A stretch of 32,000 nt of DNA from Sinorhizobium meliloti (lineage in GTDB: Bacteria > Pseudomonadota > Alphaproteobacteria > Rhizobiales > Rhizobiaceae), in assembly GCF_017876815.1 (NCBI RefSeq), contig NZ_JAGIOS010000002.1, positions 1,200,001-1,232,000 of the forward strand. Reading direction: 5' to 3'. The notes under the pieces were generated by a model. That model did no database searches. It had not been told where the DNA came from and was given only the letters and a program-made list of their open reading frames with translations. The position numbers and the translations under genes are program-made. Shown piece by piece: positions 1-8,128 of the stretch (positions are counted from its first letter, which is position 1; each line of letters opens with the position of its first letter).

Positions 1-512
1 ATCACCCCGACTTCCTGCGGCTCAATCCGGCGGGCAAGCTTCCGGTGCTGGTCGATGGCGACTTCGTCCTCACGGAATCTGCCGCGATCGTCATGTATCT
101 GGCGGAAAAATATGGCGGCAAAGGGCTTATGCCAGCGGACCTGAAGGAGCGGGCGCAGGCGTATCGCTGGTCTCTGTTCGCGGTCACCGAACTCGAACAG
201 CCACTGTGGCGGATGGCTAAGCACACGTTTCTTTATCCCGAGGAAAAGCGGTTGCCGGAAGACATTGCGCTAGCCAAGGAAGAATTCCTGGCCATGGCAG
301 CGGTGCTCGAACAGCACATGAAAGGGCGGGAATTTATCGTCGGCGACAGGATAAGTATCGCCGATTGCGTAACCGCCTATGTTCTGGATTGGGGCAATGA
401 AAACGGCCTGCTCGATGACTTTCCAAATCTTAAGGCGTATCTCGAGCGGATGTATGCGCGCCCCAAGGCGCCGCAACGGATCGCGGAGGCATTTGCGAGC
501 CTTCAGAGTTAG
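1..512 (+). CDS. glutathione S-transferase, 5'-truncated by the window edge
   Basis: Frame 3 is open from nt 3 (HPDFLRLNPAGKLPVLVDGDFVLTESAAIVMYLAEKY...). This is the GST N-terminal G-site region followed by a helical C-terminal domain. Stop TAG at 510-512. Confidence 0.85.
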   Translation, partial: HPDFLRLNPAGKLPVLVDGDFVLTESAAIVMYLAEKYGGKGLMPADLKERAQAYRWSLFAVTELEQPLWRMAKHTFLYPEEKRLPEDIALAKEEFLAMAAVLEQHMKGREFIVGDRISIADCVTAYVLDWGNENGLLDDFPNLKAYLERMYARPKAPQRIAEAFASLQS

Positions 513-518
513 AACTGG

Positions 519-850
519 ATGAGGAATGATCCAGAGCAGGTTCACCCCCTCTGGCCTGCCGGCCATCTCCCCCACAAGGGGGGAGACCATTTGAGGCGCG
601 CTCAGCGTCTCAACAAGGATTCCTGTATGCGGGGACCTGCTGTGGGGGCAAAGAGTGAAACGCTTGTATTCTCCCCCCTTGTGGGGCAGGGGAATCGCAT
701 ATGCGGAACAGGCATGGAACATCGAAGGGTTTGTTCTCGATGCGATTCCGTTCTGTTCGCCATTCGATTCCTCGAAATCGGCCATATGCGAAAGCCCTAC
801 CTTGTGGGGGAGATGCCCGGCAGGGCAGTGGGGGTATATCGTCCTGCAAG
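519..850. repeat. nested inverted-repeat intergenic element (REP/RIME/MITE-like)
   Basis: The 35-nt motif at 545-579 recurs as its reverse complement at 800-834 (32/35). A truncated copy lies at 677-692. Inner stems are 691-698/742-749 and 721-725/737-741. The only ORFs here are short, mutually overlapping translations of the repeat. Confidence 0.7.
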
Positions 851-888
851 CTGATCCATCCCGCTCTGCCGCCCGCGCCGTCGTACCC

Positions 889-1968
889 TTAATCAGGCAC
901 GACCACGAGCTTGCCGACGAAGTTCTTCGCCATGAAGTCCGTTTGTGCCCGATGGAACTCCGATAGCGGATAGACGCCGCCGACGAGCGGCCGGATCTTT
1001 TTCTCCTCGATATAGCGGACGAGGCGGCGGAAATCGGCGCGGCTGCCCTGGCTCGATCCGTGCAGCTCCAACTGCTTCAGATACATCGTCCTGAGATCGA
1101 GCTGCACGACCGGCCCGGCGATCGCGCCGGCGGTGGTGTAGCGGCCTTCCGGGCGCAGGATCTTCAGGAGATCGTTGAAGAGGGGACCGCCGACGAGATC
1201 GGCGACGACATCGATCGGTCGGCCGCCGCTTGCCGCCTCCACCGCCTCTGCGAGGTCGCCTTGACCGCGGGTCACGACGGCTTGCGCGCCGATGTCGAGC
1301 ATCGCCGCTTCCTTGCCCGGTCCGGCTACAGCGATCGGAACGGCGCCGCGAGCGCGGGCGAGCTGGATGATCGCGGAGCCGACGCCACCCGAGGCGCCGG
1401 TCACGAGGACGGTCTCGCCGGCGGCAAGCCGCGCCCGTTCCAACATCCGCTCGCCAGTAAGATAAGCGCAGCAGAAGGTGGCAAGCTCGATATCGGTCAG
1501 GTCGGTCGCGACCACATGGGCGTTTTCGGCCGGAAGCGCCATATATTCGGCATAGCCGCCATCGCGGCCATGACCCATGTAATCGATGTCGGCAAGACTG
1601 TCGTCGTCGCGGTTGTAGATCGAGAAGTCGACCATGACGCGCTCGCCGATGCGCGCCCGGTCGACGCCCTCGCCGACGGCAACGATATGGCCGACCGTGT
1701 CGGTGCCCTGAATGCGCGGGAAGGTCAGCGTATTGCCGTGGCGGCGCCACGTCGAGACGGCGGACGGATCGTCCTCCGTCCCATAGGCGCCTTCGCGCAC
1801 CCAGACGTCCGTATTGTTCATGCCGCAGGCAGTGACTCTGATCAGCACCTCGCCGGCAGCCGGAGCCGGGACGGGTACGTCCCGGCTGTAGACGAGCTTC
1901 TCCAATCCGCCGTGCCCTGTCAAAAGCACCGCGGTCATGGTCTTCGGAACGGAATGCATCATGCGCAT
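889..1968 (-). CDS. MDR-superfamily NAD(P)H:quinone oxidoreductase / alcohol dehydrogenase-like protein
   Basis: Sequence MRMMHSVPKTMTAVLLTGHGG...GEVLIRVTACGMNNTDVW...LVTGASGGVGSAIIQLA...KLVVVPD shows GroES-like and Rossmann (GASGGVG) domains. The ATG at 1968 follows GAGGAAA. An alternative ATG at 1938 (MTAVLL) is possible. The 671-aa track ORF is this frame read through into the upstream gene. Confidence 0.85.
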   Translation of the reverse strand: MRMMHSVPKTMTAVLLTGHGGLEKLVYSRDVPVPAPAAGEVLIRVTACGMNNTDVWVREGAYGTEDDPSAVSTWRRHGNTLTFPRIQGTDTVGHIVAVGEGVDRARIGERVMVDFSIYNRDDDSLADIDYMGHGRDGGYAEYMALPAENAHVVATDLTDIELATFCCAYLTGERMLERARLAAGETVLVTGASGGVGSAIIQLARARGAVPIAVAGPGKEAAMLDIGAQAVVTRGQGDLAEAVEAASGGRPIDVVADLVGGPLFNDLLKILRPEGRYTTAGAIAGPVVQLDLRTMYLKQLELHGSSQGSRADFRRLVRYIEEKKIRPLVGGVYPLSEFHRAQTDFMAKNFVGKLVVVPD

Positions 1969-1973
1969 TTTCC

Positions 1974-3350
1974 TCAGCGGCCGAGTACGGACTGAATGGC
2001 GTCGGCTGCCGCCTTGACGACGATGTCGGCTTCGTCGCGCGTCAGGCAGAGCGGCGGCGCGAAGCCGAGAATGTCGCCCTGCGGCATGGCCCGGCCGATG
2101 ACACCACGTTCGAGGAGCGCTGCTGCGACCTGCGGTCCGACCTTGCGGCCCGGATCGAAGAAGGCGCGATCGTCGCGGTCCTCGACGAACTCGATCGCCG
2201 CCATCAGGCCGTCGCCACGCACTTCGCCGACATGGCGATGATCGCCCACGGCCTTTTGCAGTTCGGCCCGGAAATAGGCGCCCGTCGAACCGGCATTCTC
2301 GACGATGCCGAGTTCGTCGATCAGTTCCAGGTTCGCGATGCCGGCGGCGGCGCAGATCGGATGGGCCGAATAGGTCCAGCCATGGCCGATTGCGCCGAGT
2401 TCGTCCGAGCCCTTCACCAGCACCTGCCAGAGCTTGTCGGAGACGATCGTGCCGGAAAGCGGCGCATAGGCCGAGGTCAGGCCCTTGGCGATGGTGATCA
2501 GGTCCGGCTTGATGCCGTAATGGTCGGAACCGAACATGGTGCCGAGACGGCCGAAGCCGGTGACCACCTCGTCGGCGACCAGCAGGATATCGTATTTCTG
2601 GAGGACGGCTTGGATCTTCTCCCAATAGCCCTTCGGCGGCGGCACGATGCCGCCGGTGCCGAGGATCGGCTCGCCGATGAAGGCGGCAACGGTGTCGGGA
2701 CCTTCGGCGAGGATCATCTCTTCCAGCTTGTCGGCACAATACTGCGAGAATTGCTCTTCGCTCATCGAGCGATCGGGACGGCGGAAGTAGTAGGGCGCTT
2801 CCGTGTGCAGGATCGGCGCCCGCGGCAGGTCGAAGGCGTTGTGGAAGAGATGAAGGCCGGTCAGCGAACCGGTCATCACGCCCGAGCCGTGATAGCCGCG
2901 CCAACGCGAGATGATCTTCTTCTTTTCCGGGCGGCCGAGAATGTTGTTGTAGTACCAGATCAGCTTGATGTTGGTTTCGTTGGCGTCGGAGCCCGAAAGC
3001 CCGAAATAGACTCGGCTCATGCCTTCCGGCGCCCGGTCGATGATCATCTTGGAAAGCCGGATCGACGCTTCAGTGCCATGGCCCACATAGGCGTGGTAGT
3101 AGGCGAGGTTCTTCGCCTGTTCGGCAATCGCGTCGGCGATCTTCTGGCGGCCGTAGCCGACATTGACGCAATAGAGGCCGGCAAAGGCATCGAGGCTGCG
3201 CTTGCCGGAAATATCGGTGATGTAGACGCCTTCGCCGCCGCCGATCACGCGGGTCGGGGTCTCGCCACGCGCATGCATCCCCATATGGGTCGAGGGATGG
3301 AAGAAGTGGTCGCGGTCCCAGGCGGTGAGTTCGTTGCTTCTTTCGAGCAT
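1974..3350 (-). CDS. class-III (omega) PLP aminotransferase, DoeD/Atf-like by context (diaminobutyrate transaminase step of ectoine catabolism)
   Basis: Sequence MLERSNELTAWDRDHFFHPSTHM...GSGSDANE...DEVVTGFGRLG...IAKGLTSAY is a typical class-III aminotransferase. The ATG at 3350 is preceded by AAGGAAAG. The longer track start at 3422 lacks an RBS. Confidence 0.85.
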   Translation of the reverse strand: MLERSNELTAWDRDHFFHPSTHMGMHARGETPTRVIGGGEGVYITDISGKRSLDAFAGLYCVNVGYGRQKIADAIAEQAKNLAYYHAYVGHGTEASIRLSKMIIDRAPEGMSRVYFGLSGSDANETNIKLIWYYNNILGRPEKKKIISRWRGYHGSGVMTGSLTGLHLFHNAFDLPRAPILHTEAPYYFRRPDRSMSEEQFSQYCADKLEEMILAEGPDTVAAFIGEPILGTGGIVPPPKGYWEKIQAVLQKYDILLVADEVVTGFGRLGTMFGSDHYGIKPDLITIAKGLTSAYAPLSGTIVSDKLWQVLVKGSDELGAIGHGWTYSAHPICAAAGIANLELIDELGIVENAGSTGAYFRAELQKAVGDHRHVGEVRGDGLMAAIEFVEDRDDRAFFDPGRKVGPQVAAALLERGVIGRAMPQGDILGFAPPLCLTRDEADIVVKAAADAIQSVLGR

Positions 3351-3469
3351 GGTCTTTCCTTTCATGAAATCCGGAGCATTTCGGCCGAACCGCGAAAACG
3401 CTCTATCCTGTTGTTTTCGCACAATTCCAGACGCAAAACCGCTGCGCAGTGTTGCCGGAATCGCTCAGG

Positions 3470-4966
3470 TCAGGCAGCGGTGTCGATGCATAGATATTTG
3501 AGCTCGGTGAAGGCCTCCATGCCATGGCGGGAGCCTTCCCGGCCGAGGCCCGATTGTTTCCACCCGCCGAAGGGGATCGGGCCGCCGGTGATCTTCACCC
3601 GATTGACTGCCACCATGCCGTATTCGAGGGCGCGGGCGAGCCGCATCTGGCGGGCGCCGTTTTCGGTCACGACATAGGCGACGAGCCCGTATTCCGTGTC
3701 GTTCGCCCGCGCGACTACTTCCTCTTCGCTGTCGAAGGCGGTTACGGCCGCAACGGGGCCGAAGGTCTCCTCGCGCATGATCAGCGCGTCGTCGGGCACA
3801 TCCGTTAGAAGGGTGGGCTGGAAGAAGAGCGGCCCGGCGGCGTGGCGCTTGCCGCCGACGGCAAGCCCGGCGCCCAGCTTCAGAGCATCCGCAACCTGTT
3901 CCTCGACCTTGGCGACGGCGCGTTCGTGCATCAGCGGACCGATATCCGTATCCGGCTCCATCCCGGAACCGACTTTCAAGCCGGCAATTCGTGCGGCAAA
4001 AGCTTCCTGGAATGCCTTGAGTACGGGCCGCTCGACGTAGATCCGATTGGCGGCAAGGCAGTCCTGTCCTGACGTCGCGAACTTCGCGGCGATCGCAATA
4101 TCGGCGGCTTTCTCGACATTCGCATCCGCAAAGACGATGAGGGGGGCATGCCCGCCGAGCTCCATCACCAGCCGCTTCATCGTCGGCGCACATTGGGAGG
4201 CGATCAGCCGGCCGATCTCGGTGGAGCCGGTGAAGCTCATGGCGCGCACCCGCGCGTCCTCGCACATTCGTCCGACGATCGTTGCGGCTTTGCCGGTGAC
4301 GACATTGAAGACGCCTGCGGGAAGGCCGGCGCGCTCGCCGAGTTCGGCGAGCGCGAGAGCCGAAAGAGGGGTTTCGGAGGATGGGTGCGCCACCACGGTG
4401 CAGCCTGCGGCAAGGGCGGCGGCCGCCTTCCGGGTGATCATCGCCGAAGGGAAATTCCAGGGCGTGACGATGCCTACGACGCCGAGCGCTTCGCGGCGCA
4501 CGATCATTTCGGCCCCGGCAAGATGACTCGTCACGCTTTCGGCATTGAGGCGTTTGCCTTCCTCAGCATACCACTCGATGAAGGATGCCGCGTAGTCGAT
4601 CTCGCCGCGCGACTCGGCAAGCGGCTTGCCCTGTTCAAGGGTCATCAACAGGGCGAGATCCTCGCGGGCTTCGAGCATCAGGTCGTGCCATTTGCGCAGG
4701 ATGGCGGCGCGCGCCTGCGGCAGCATGTTGCGCCAGGACCTGAATGCCTTTTGCGCCGCGTCGATCGCCTCGGAGGTCTGGGCAGCGTCGAGCGAGGCGA
4801 CGAAGGCGAGGGCAGCGCCGCTGGTCGGGTCGCTCACCTCCAGGCATGTACCGTCCCGCCCGGCAACCCATCGGCCGCCGACATAGGCCAGCTCCCGCAG
4901 CAATTGCCGGTCGTTCAGGTTTTTCAACGCGTCGTGAAAGGCTGTGCGCGCAAAGACGGCGGTCAT
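3470..4966 (-). CDS. NAD(P)+-dependent succinate/aspartate-semialdehyde dehydrogenase (GabD / DoeC / Ssd-like)
   Basis: Aldehyde dehydrogenase hallmarks are present: VTPWNFP, MELGGHAP, FATSGQDCLAANR, EETFGPV. The ATG at 4966 is preceded by GAGGAGAA. The upstream TTG (5056) and ATG (5002) have no RBS and fall in a repeat array. Confidence 0.88.
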   Translation of the reverse strand: MTAVFARTAFHDALKNLNDRQLLRELAYVGGRWVAGRDGTCLEVSDPTSGAALAFVASLDAAQTSEAIDAAQKAFRSWRNMLPQARAAILRKWHDLMLEAREDLALLMTLEQGKPLAESRGEIDYAASFIEWYAEEGKRLNAESVTSHLAGAEMIVRREALGVVGIVTPWNFPSAMITRKAAAALAAGCTVVAHPSSETPLSALALAELGERAGLPAGVFNVVTGKAATIVGRMCEDARVRAMSFTGSTEIGRLIASQCAPTMKRLVMELGGHAPLIVFADANVEKAADIAIAAKFATSGQDCLAANRIYVERPVLKAFQEAFAARIAGLKVGSGMEPDTDIGPLMHERAVAKVEEQVADALKLGAGLAVGGKRHAAGPLFFQPTLLTDVPDDALIMREETFGPVAAVTAFDSEEEVVARANDTEYGLVAYVVTENGARQMRLARALEYGMVAVNRVKITGGPIPFGGWKQSGLGREGSRHGMEAFTELKYLCIDTAA

Positions 4967-5009
4967 ATCGGTTCTCCTCGACTGTTGCGGAAAGAGTGCC
5001 ATGGTTGTC

Positions 5010-5087
5010 GAGAGAGATTGTCCAATCGGCGGTGACGGCGGAGAGAGTTTGACCAAAGTGGGGGCAACAGGGAGAGAGATTGTCTAT
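5010..5087 (-). promoter_or_regulatory. three phased 16-nt direct repeats upstream of the semialdehyde dehydrogenase gene
   Basis: GAGAGAGATTGTCCAA (5010-5025), GAGAGAGTTTGACCAA (5041-5056) and GAGAGAGATTGTCTAT (5072-5087). The copy starts are exactly 31 bp apart, twice. Confidence 0.55.
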
Positions 5088-5129
5088 GTGGCGTGCCGAT
5101 GCGAAGGGGGTGGCTACACCCTCTGCCGA

Positions 5130-5624
5130 CTATTCCTGCCCTGCCGGCGCCTGCGGCAACAGCGAGCCGAACGGCAGCACCGTTTCTTCCTTTACCGTCT
5201 TCGTGACGATGTACGTGAAATAGCGGTCGATACCGAGTTCCCTTTCGAGCAGCCCGTCGACCAGCCGCTGGTAGGCGTCGATGTCCGCCGTCATGATCTT
5301 GAGGATATAGTCCACCCCGCCGCCGACCGACCAGCAGGCGACGATCTCGGGAATTGCGGCGATGGCGCGCTCGAACCGATCGAAATCAGCCTGGCGGTGA
5401 TTGCCGAGCGTCACCTCCATCATGACGCTGGCGACCGGCGCCACGCGGCGCAGCGCAACGCGGGCGTGATAGCCGGTGACGATGCCGGCTTTCTCCAGCT
5501 TTCTGAGCCGCATCCAGCAGGGCGTCGGCGACAGGCCGGCCTTCTCGGCGAGCGCGAGCTTGGTGATACGCCCGTCGGCCTGGATCGCTTCGAGGATCCG
5601 CAGATCGATCGCATCGAGCTTCAT
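5130..5624 (-). CDS. Lrp/AsnC-family transcriptional regulator (DoeX-like by context)
   Basis: MKLDAIDLRILEAIQADGRITKLALAEKAGLSPTPCWMRLRKLEKAGIV is an HTH_AsnC motif, followed by a RAM/ligand-binding domain. 164 aa. Confidence 0.9.
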   Translation of the reverse strand: MKLDAIDLRILEAIQADGRITKLALAEKAGLSPTPCWMRLRKLEKAGIVTGYHARVALRRVAPVASVMMEVTLGNHRQADFDRFERAIAAIPEIVACWSVGGGVDYILKIMTADIDAYQRLVDGLLERELGIDRYFTYIVTKTVKEETVLPFGSLLPQAPAGQE

Positions 5625-5728
5625 TAAGAGGTCCTTCCGTCGGTAGTGGTCACGTCAAAGCCGGGAAATGACATTGGGTGCTCACTTTTACATTGTCAAT
5701 TGAGCTGATTTTGATCACTGTTCAAATC

Positions 5729-7114
5729 ATGACAAATTGGACGCCCGACACGACACTTCTGCGCCGCCCCGCCTATCTCTCTCTGGCGGACCAGTTCGCC
5801 CGCGCCATACAGGAGGGGAGACTCCAGAACGGCATGCGGCTGCCGACGCATCGCAAGCTCGCCGACGATCTGAAGCTCTCGGTGCAGACGGTGAGCCGCG
5901 CCTATGACGAGCTCATCCGGCGCGGCTTGATATCCGGCGAGGTCGGACGCGGCAGCTTCGTGCAGACGCGGCCGCGCGAGCCGGAGCCGCCCTATCTGCC
6001 GGAGCGCCTTGGCGAATTGATCGATCTTTCGATCCTGAAACCCGTATGCGAGCAATACCATCTGGAAAAGATGCGGCAGGGTTTTGCCTGGCTTGCGGAG
6101 AACCTGCCGCCGAGCTCGGCGCTTTCCTTCCGCCCGAACATGGTGTTCCCGCGTCACCGCAATGTCGCGGCAGAATGGCTCTTGCGCTGCGGGCTCGATG
6201 TTTCGCCGCTAAACATCAACCTGACGAACGGCGCCACCTCGGCCATGACCGTGGCGCTGATGAGTGTCGCACCGCCCGGTTCGACGGTCGCGACGGAGGC
6301 CATCAGCCATCATACGCTCGTGCCGCTTTCGACCTATCTCGGCATCCACCTTCAGGGTCTCGCGATAGACGGCGACGGCATGATCCCGGATGCGCTGGAC
6401 GAAGCCTGCCGCAAGGGCGTGATCCGAGCGGTCTTCCTGCAGCCCTCGGTAATCAACCCGACCGCGACCCTGATGAGCGCCGGGCGGCGGGCAGCGCTGG
6501 CGGAGGTGGCGCGCCGGCATGACATCGCCATCATCGAAAACGACATTCTCGGTCCCCTGGTGGAGGAACGTTTGCCCCCGGTCGCCGCACTGGCGCCGGA
6601 GCGCACGCTTTATGTGACGAGCTTCACCAAGATCACCGTGCCGGGCCTCCGGATCGGCTATCTGGTGGCGCCTGACCGCTACGTGGCCGCCGTCGCCAAC
6701 CGGCATCTGGTTTCGAACTGGATGGCGACCCCCGCGATTGCAGAGATCGCAACGCAATGGGTGAGCGACGGCACGGCGAGCGAACTCGTGAACTGGCAGC
6801 GCCGGGCGCTCGCCACTCGCCACGCGATCGCCAAGGAGGTTCTGGCAAGCCTTGGCCACCACACCCATCCGCAGAGCCTGCATGTCTGGCTGCCGCTACC
6901 CGAGGGACACCAGGAAGATGCCTTCGTTTCCCAGGCGCGCTTGCGCGGGGTGGCGATTGCGCCGGGTGCGTCCTTCCGGACGGCAGACAGCGGTTGGCGT
7001 CCGGCGGTCAGGATATCGCTCGGCTCGACGACCGAGCAGGAGCTGAAGTCCGGGCTCGGCATCGTCGCCTCTCTTGCGCTCGGTGAGCCTGAGGCGCTGC
7101 TGCTCGTCATTTGA
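5729..7114 (+). CDS. MocR-type regulator (GntR winged-HTH plus fold-type-I aminotransferase-like domain), EnuR/EhuR-like by context
   Basis: The N-terminal part PAYLSLADQFARAIQEGRLQNGMRLPTHRKLADDLKLSVQTVSRAYDELIRRGLI is a GntR HTH. The C-terminal roughly 350 aa are aminotransferase-like, including SFTKITVPGLRIGY with the PLP lysine context. ATG at 5729; the track start at 5678 is a GTG without an RBS. Confidence 0.85.
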   Translation: MTNWTPDTTLLRRPAYLSLADQFARAIQEGRLQNGMRLPTHRKLADDLKLSVQTVSRAYDELIRRGLISGEVGRGSFVQTRPREPEPPYLPERLGELIDLSILKPVCEQYHLEKMRQGFAWLAENLPPSSALSFRPNMVFPRHRNVAAEWLLRCGLDVSPLNINLTNGATSAMTVALMSVAPPGSTVATEAISHHTLVPLSTYLGIHLQGLAIDGDGMIPDALDEACRKGVIRAVFLQPSVINPTATLMSAGRRAALAEVARRHDIAIIENDILGPLVEERLPPVAALAPERTLYVTSFTKITVPGLRIGYLVAPDRYVAAVANRHLVSNWMATPAIAEIATQWVSDGTASELVNWQRRALATRHAIAKEVLASLGHHTHPQSLHVWLPLPEGHQEDAFVSQARLRGVAIAPGASFRTADSGWRPAVRISLGSTTEQELKSGLGIVASLALGEPEALLLVI

Positions 7115-7147
7115 GGCGAATGCTCAGCTTTTGAGCACCTTTCGAAT

Positions 7148-7182
7148 AATTGTCATGATATTATTATTCACATTGACATGAT
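7148..7182 (+). promoter_or_regulatory. two TTG(T/A)CATGAT boxes in the AT-rich ehuA control region (candidate operator and -35 element)
   Basis: TTGTCATGAT at 7150-7159 and TTGACATGAT at 7173-7182, 23 bp apart. The same 10-mer occurs on the minus strand at 5726-5735, over the regulator's start codon. Confidence 0.4.
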
Positions 7183-7284
7183 TTGGGAACCGGATCATCG
7201 TTAGGACATTAACGCATGGCGCCCAGAAGTGTGCAGCGATTTGGAGCGACGCCATGCGCTTTAGTCTCAAAGGGAGAGGCGTGA

Positions 7285-8070
7285 ATGTCCCAGCCGATCA
7301 TTCGCATCGACAACATCGTCAAGCGATACGGTCCCCTGACCGTGCTCGACGGCCTGTCGATGGAGGTGATGCCGGGCGAGAAGCTGGCTCTCATCGGGCC
7401 GTCCGGTTCGGGTAAGACGACCATCCTTCGCATTCTGATGACGCTCGAGACCATCAGCGACGGCTTCATCCAGGTCGACGGCGAGCAGCTCTATCACATG
7501 AAGAAGGCGGGCAACCTCGTCCCTGCCGACGAGCGGCATCTCCATAAAATGCGCGAGAAGATCGGCATGGTCTTCCAGCATTTCAACCTGTTTCCTCATA
7601 AATGCGTTCTCGACAACGTCACGCTGGCGCCGATGCTGACCAAGGGCATGGCGCGCGCTCAGGCGGAAAAGCGCGCGATGGAGCTGCTCGACATGGTGGG
7701 CCTGGCCGACAAGGCCAAGAGCATGCCGGCACAGCTTTCCGGCGGGCAGAAGCAGCGCGTTGCGATCGCCCGGGCGCTGGCGCTCTCACCCAAGATCATG
7801 CTTTTCGACGAGGTCACCTCCGCGCTCGATCCCGAGCTTGTCGAGGAGGTCCTGAACGTCATGCGCAAGCTCGCGTCCGAGACGGACATGACCATGCTGC
7901 TCGTCACCCACGAGATGGGCTTTGCCCATGATTTCGCGGACCGGGTGCTTTTCTTCGACCGCGGCAAGATCGTGGAGGAAGGAAAACCCGAGGACATTTT
8001 CCGGCATCCCAAGCAGGAGCGCACACAGACTTTCCTGCGCAAGATCATAGCGGCAGGGCACCGCGTCTAA
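7285..8070 (+). CDS. ehuA: ectoine/hydroxyectoine ABC transporter ATP-binding protein
   Basis: Walker [10 protein letters not shown], signature [15 protein letters not shown] and Walker [12 protein letters not shown] are present. RBS AGGGAGAGG. It is the first gene of a binding-protein/two-permease set directly followed by eutABCDE. Confidence 0.88.
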   Translation: MSQPIIRIDNIVKRYGPLTVLDGLSMEVMPGEKLALIGPSGSGKTTILRILMTLETISDGFIQVDGEQLYHMKKAGNLVPADERHLHKMREKIGMVFQHFNLFPHKCVLDNVTLAPMLTKGMARAQAEKRAMELLDMVGLADKAKSMPAQLSGGQKQRVAIARALALSPKIMLFDEVTSALDPELVEEVLNVMRKLASETDMTMLLVTHEMGFAHDFADRVLFFDRGKIVEEGKPEDIFRHPKQERTQTFLRKIIAAGHRV

Positions 8071-8128
8071 GCCTCACGGCCGACATTGCCTCAAGGAAAA
8101 CATCGAGAGAACAGAGGAGTTGGGAACG

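Noticed and set aside
889-2904. 671-aa minus-strand ORF in the track
   Set aside because: Only the C-terminal 359 aa (from 1968) look like a real MDR oxidoreductase. The N-terminal roughly 310 aa are an Arg/Pro/Gly-rich read-through in an alternative frame of the aminotransferase gene.
2232-3677. 481-aa plus-strand ORF antisense to the aminotransferase
   Set aside because: This is a typical high-GC antisense shadow ORF, rich in Arg/Gly/Ala/Asp with no recognisable motifs. The opposite strand encodes a clear class-III aminotransferase.
4967-5056. Longer N-terminus (TTG 5056 or ATG 5002) for the semialdehyde dehydrogenase
   Set aside because: Neither codon has a Shine-Dalgarno, and the extension (MVKLSPPSPPIGQSLSTT..) is a translation of the direct-repeat array. 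The ATG at 4966 has GAGGAGAA.
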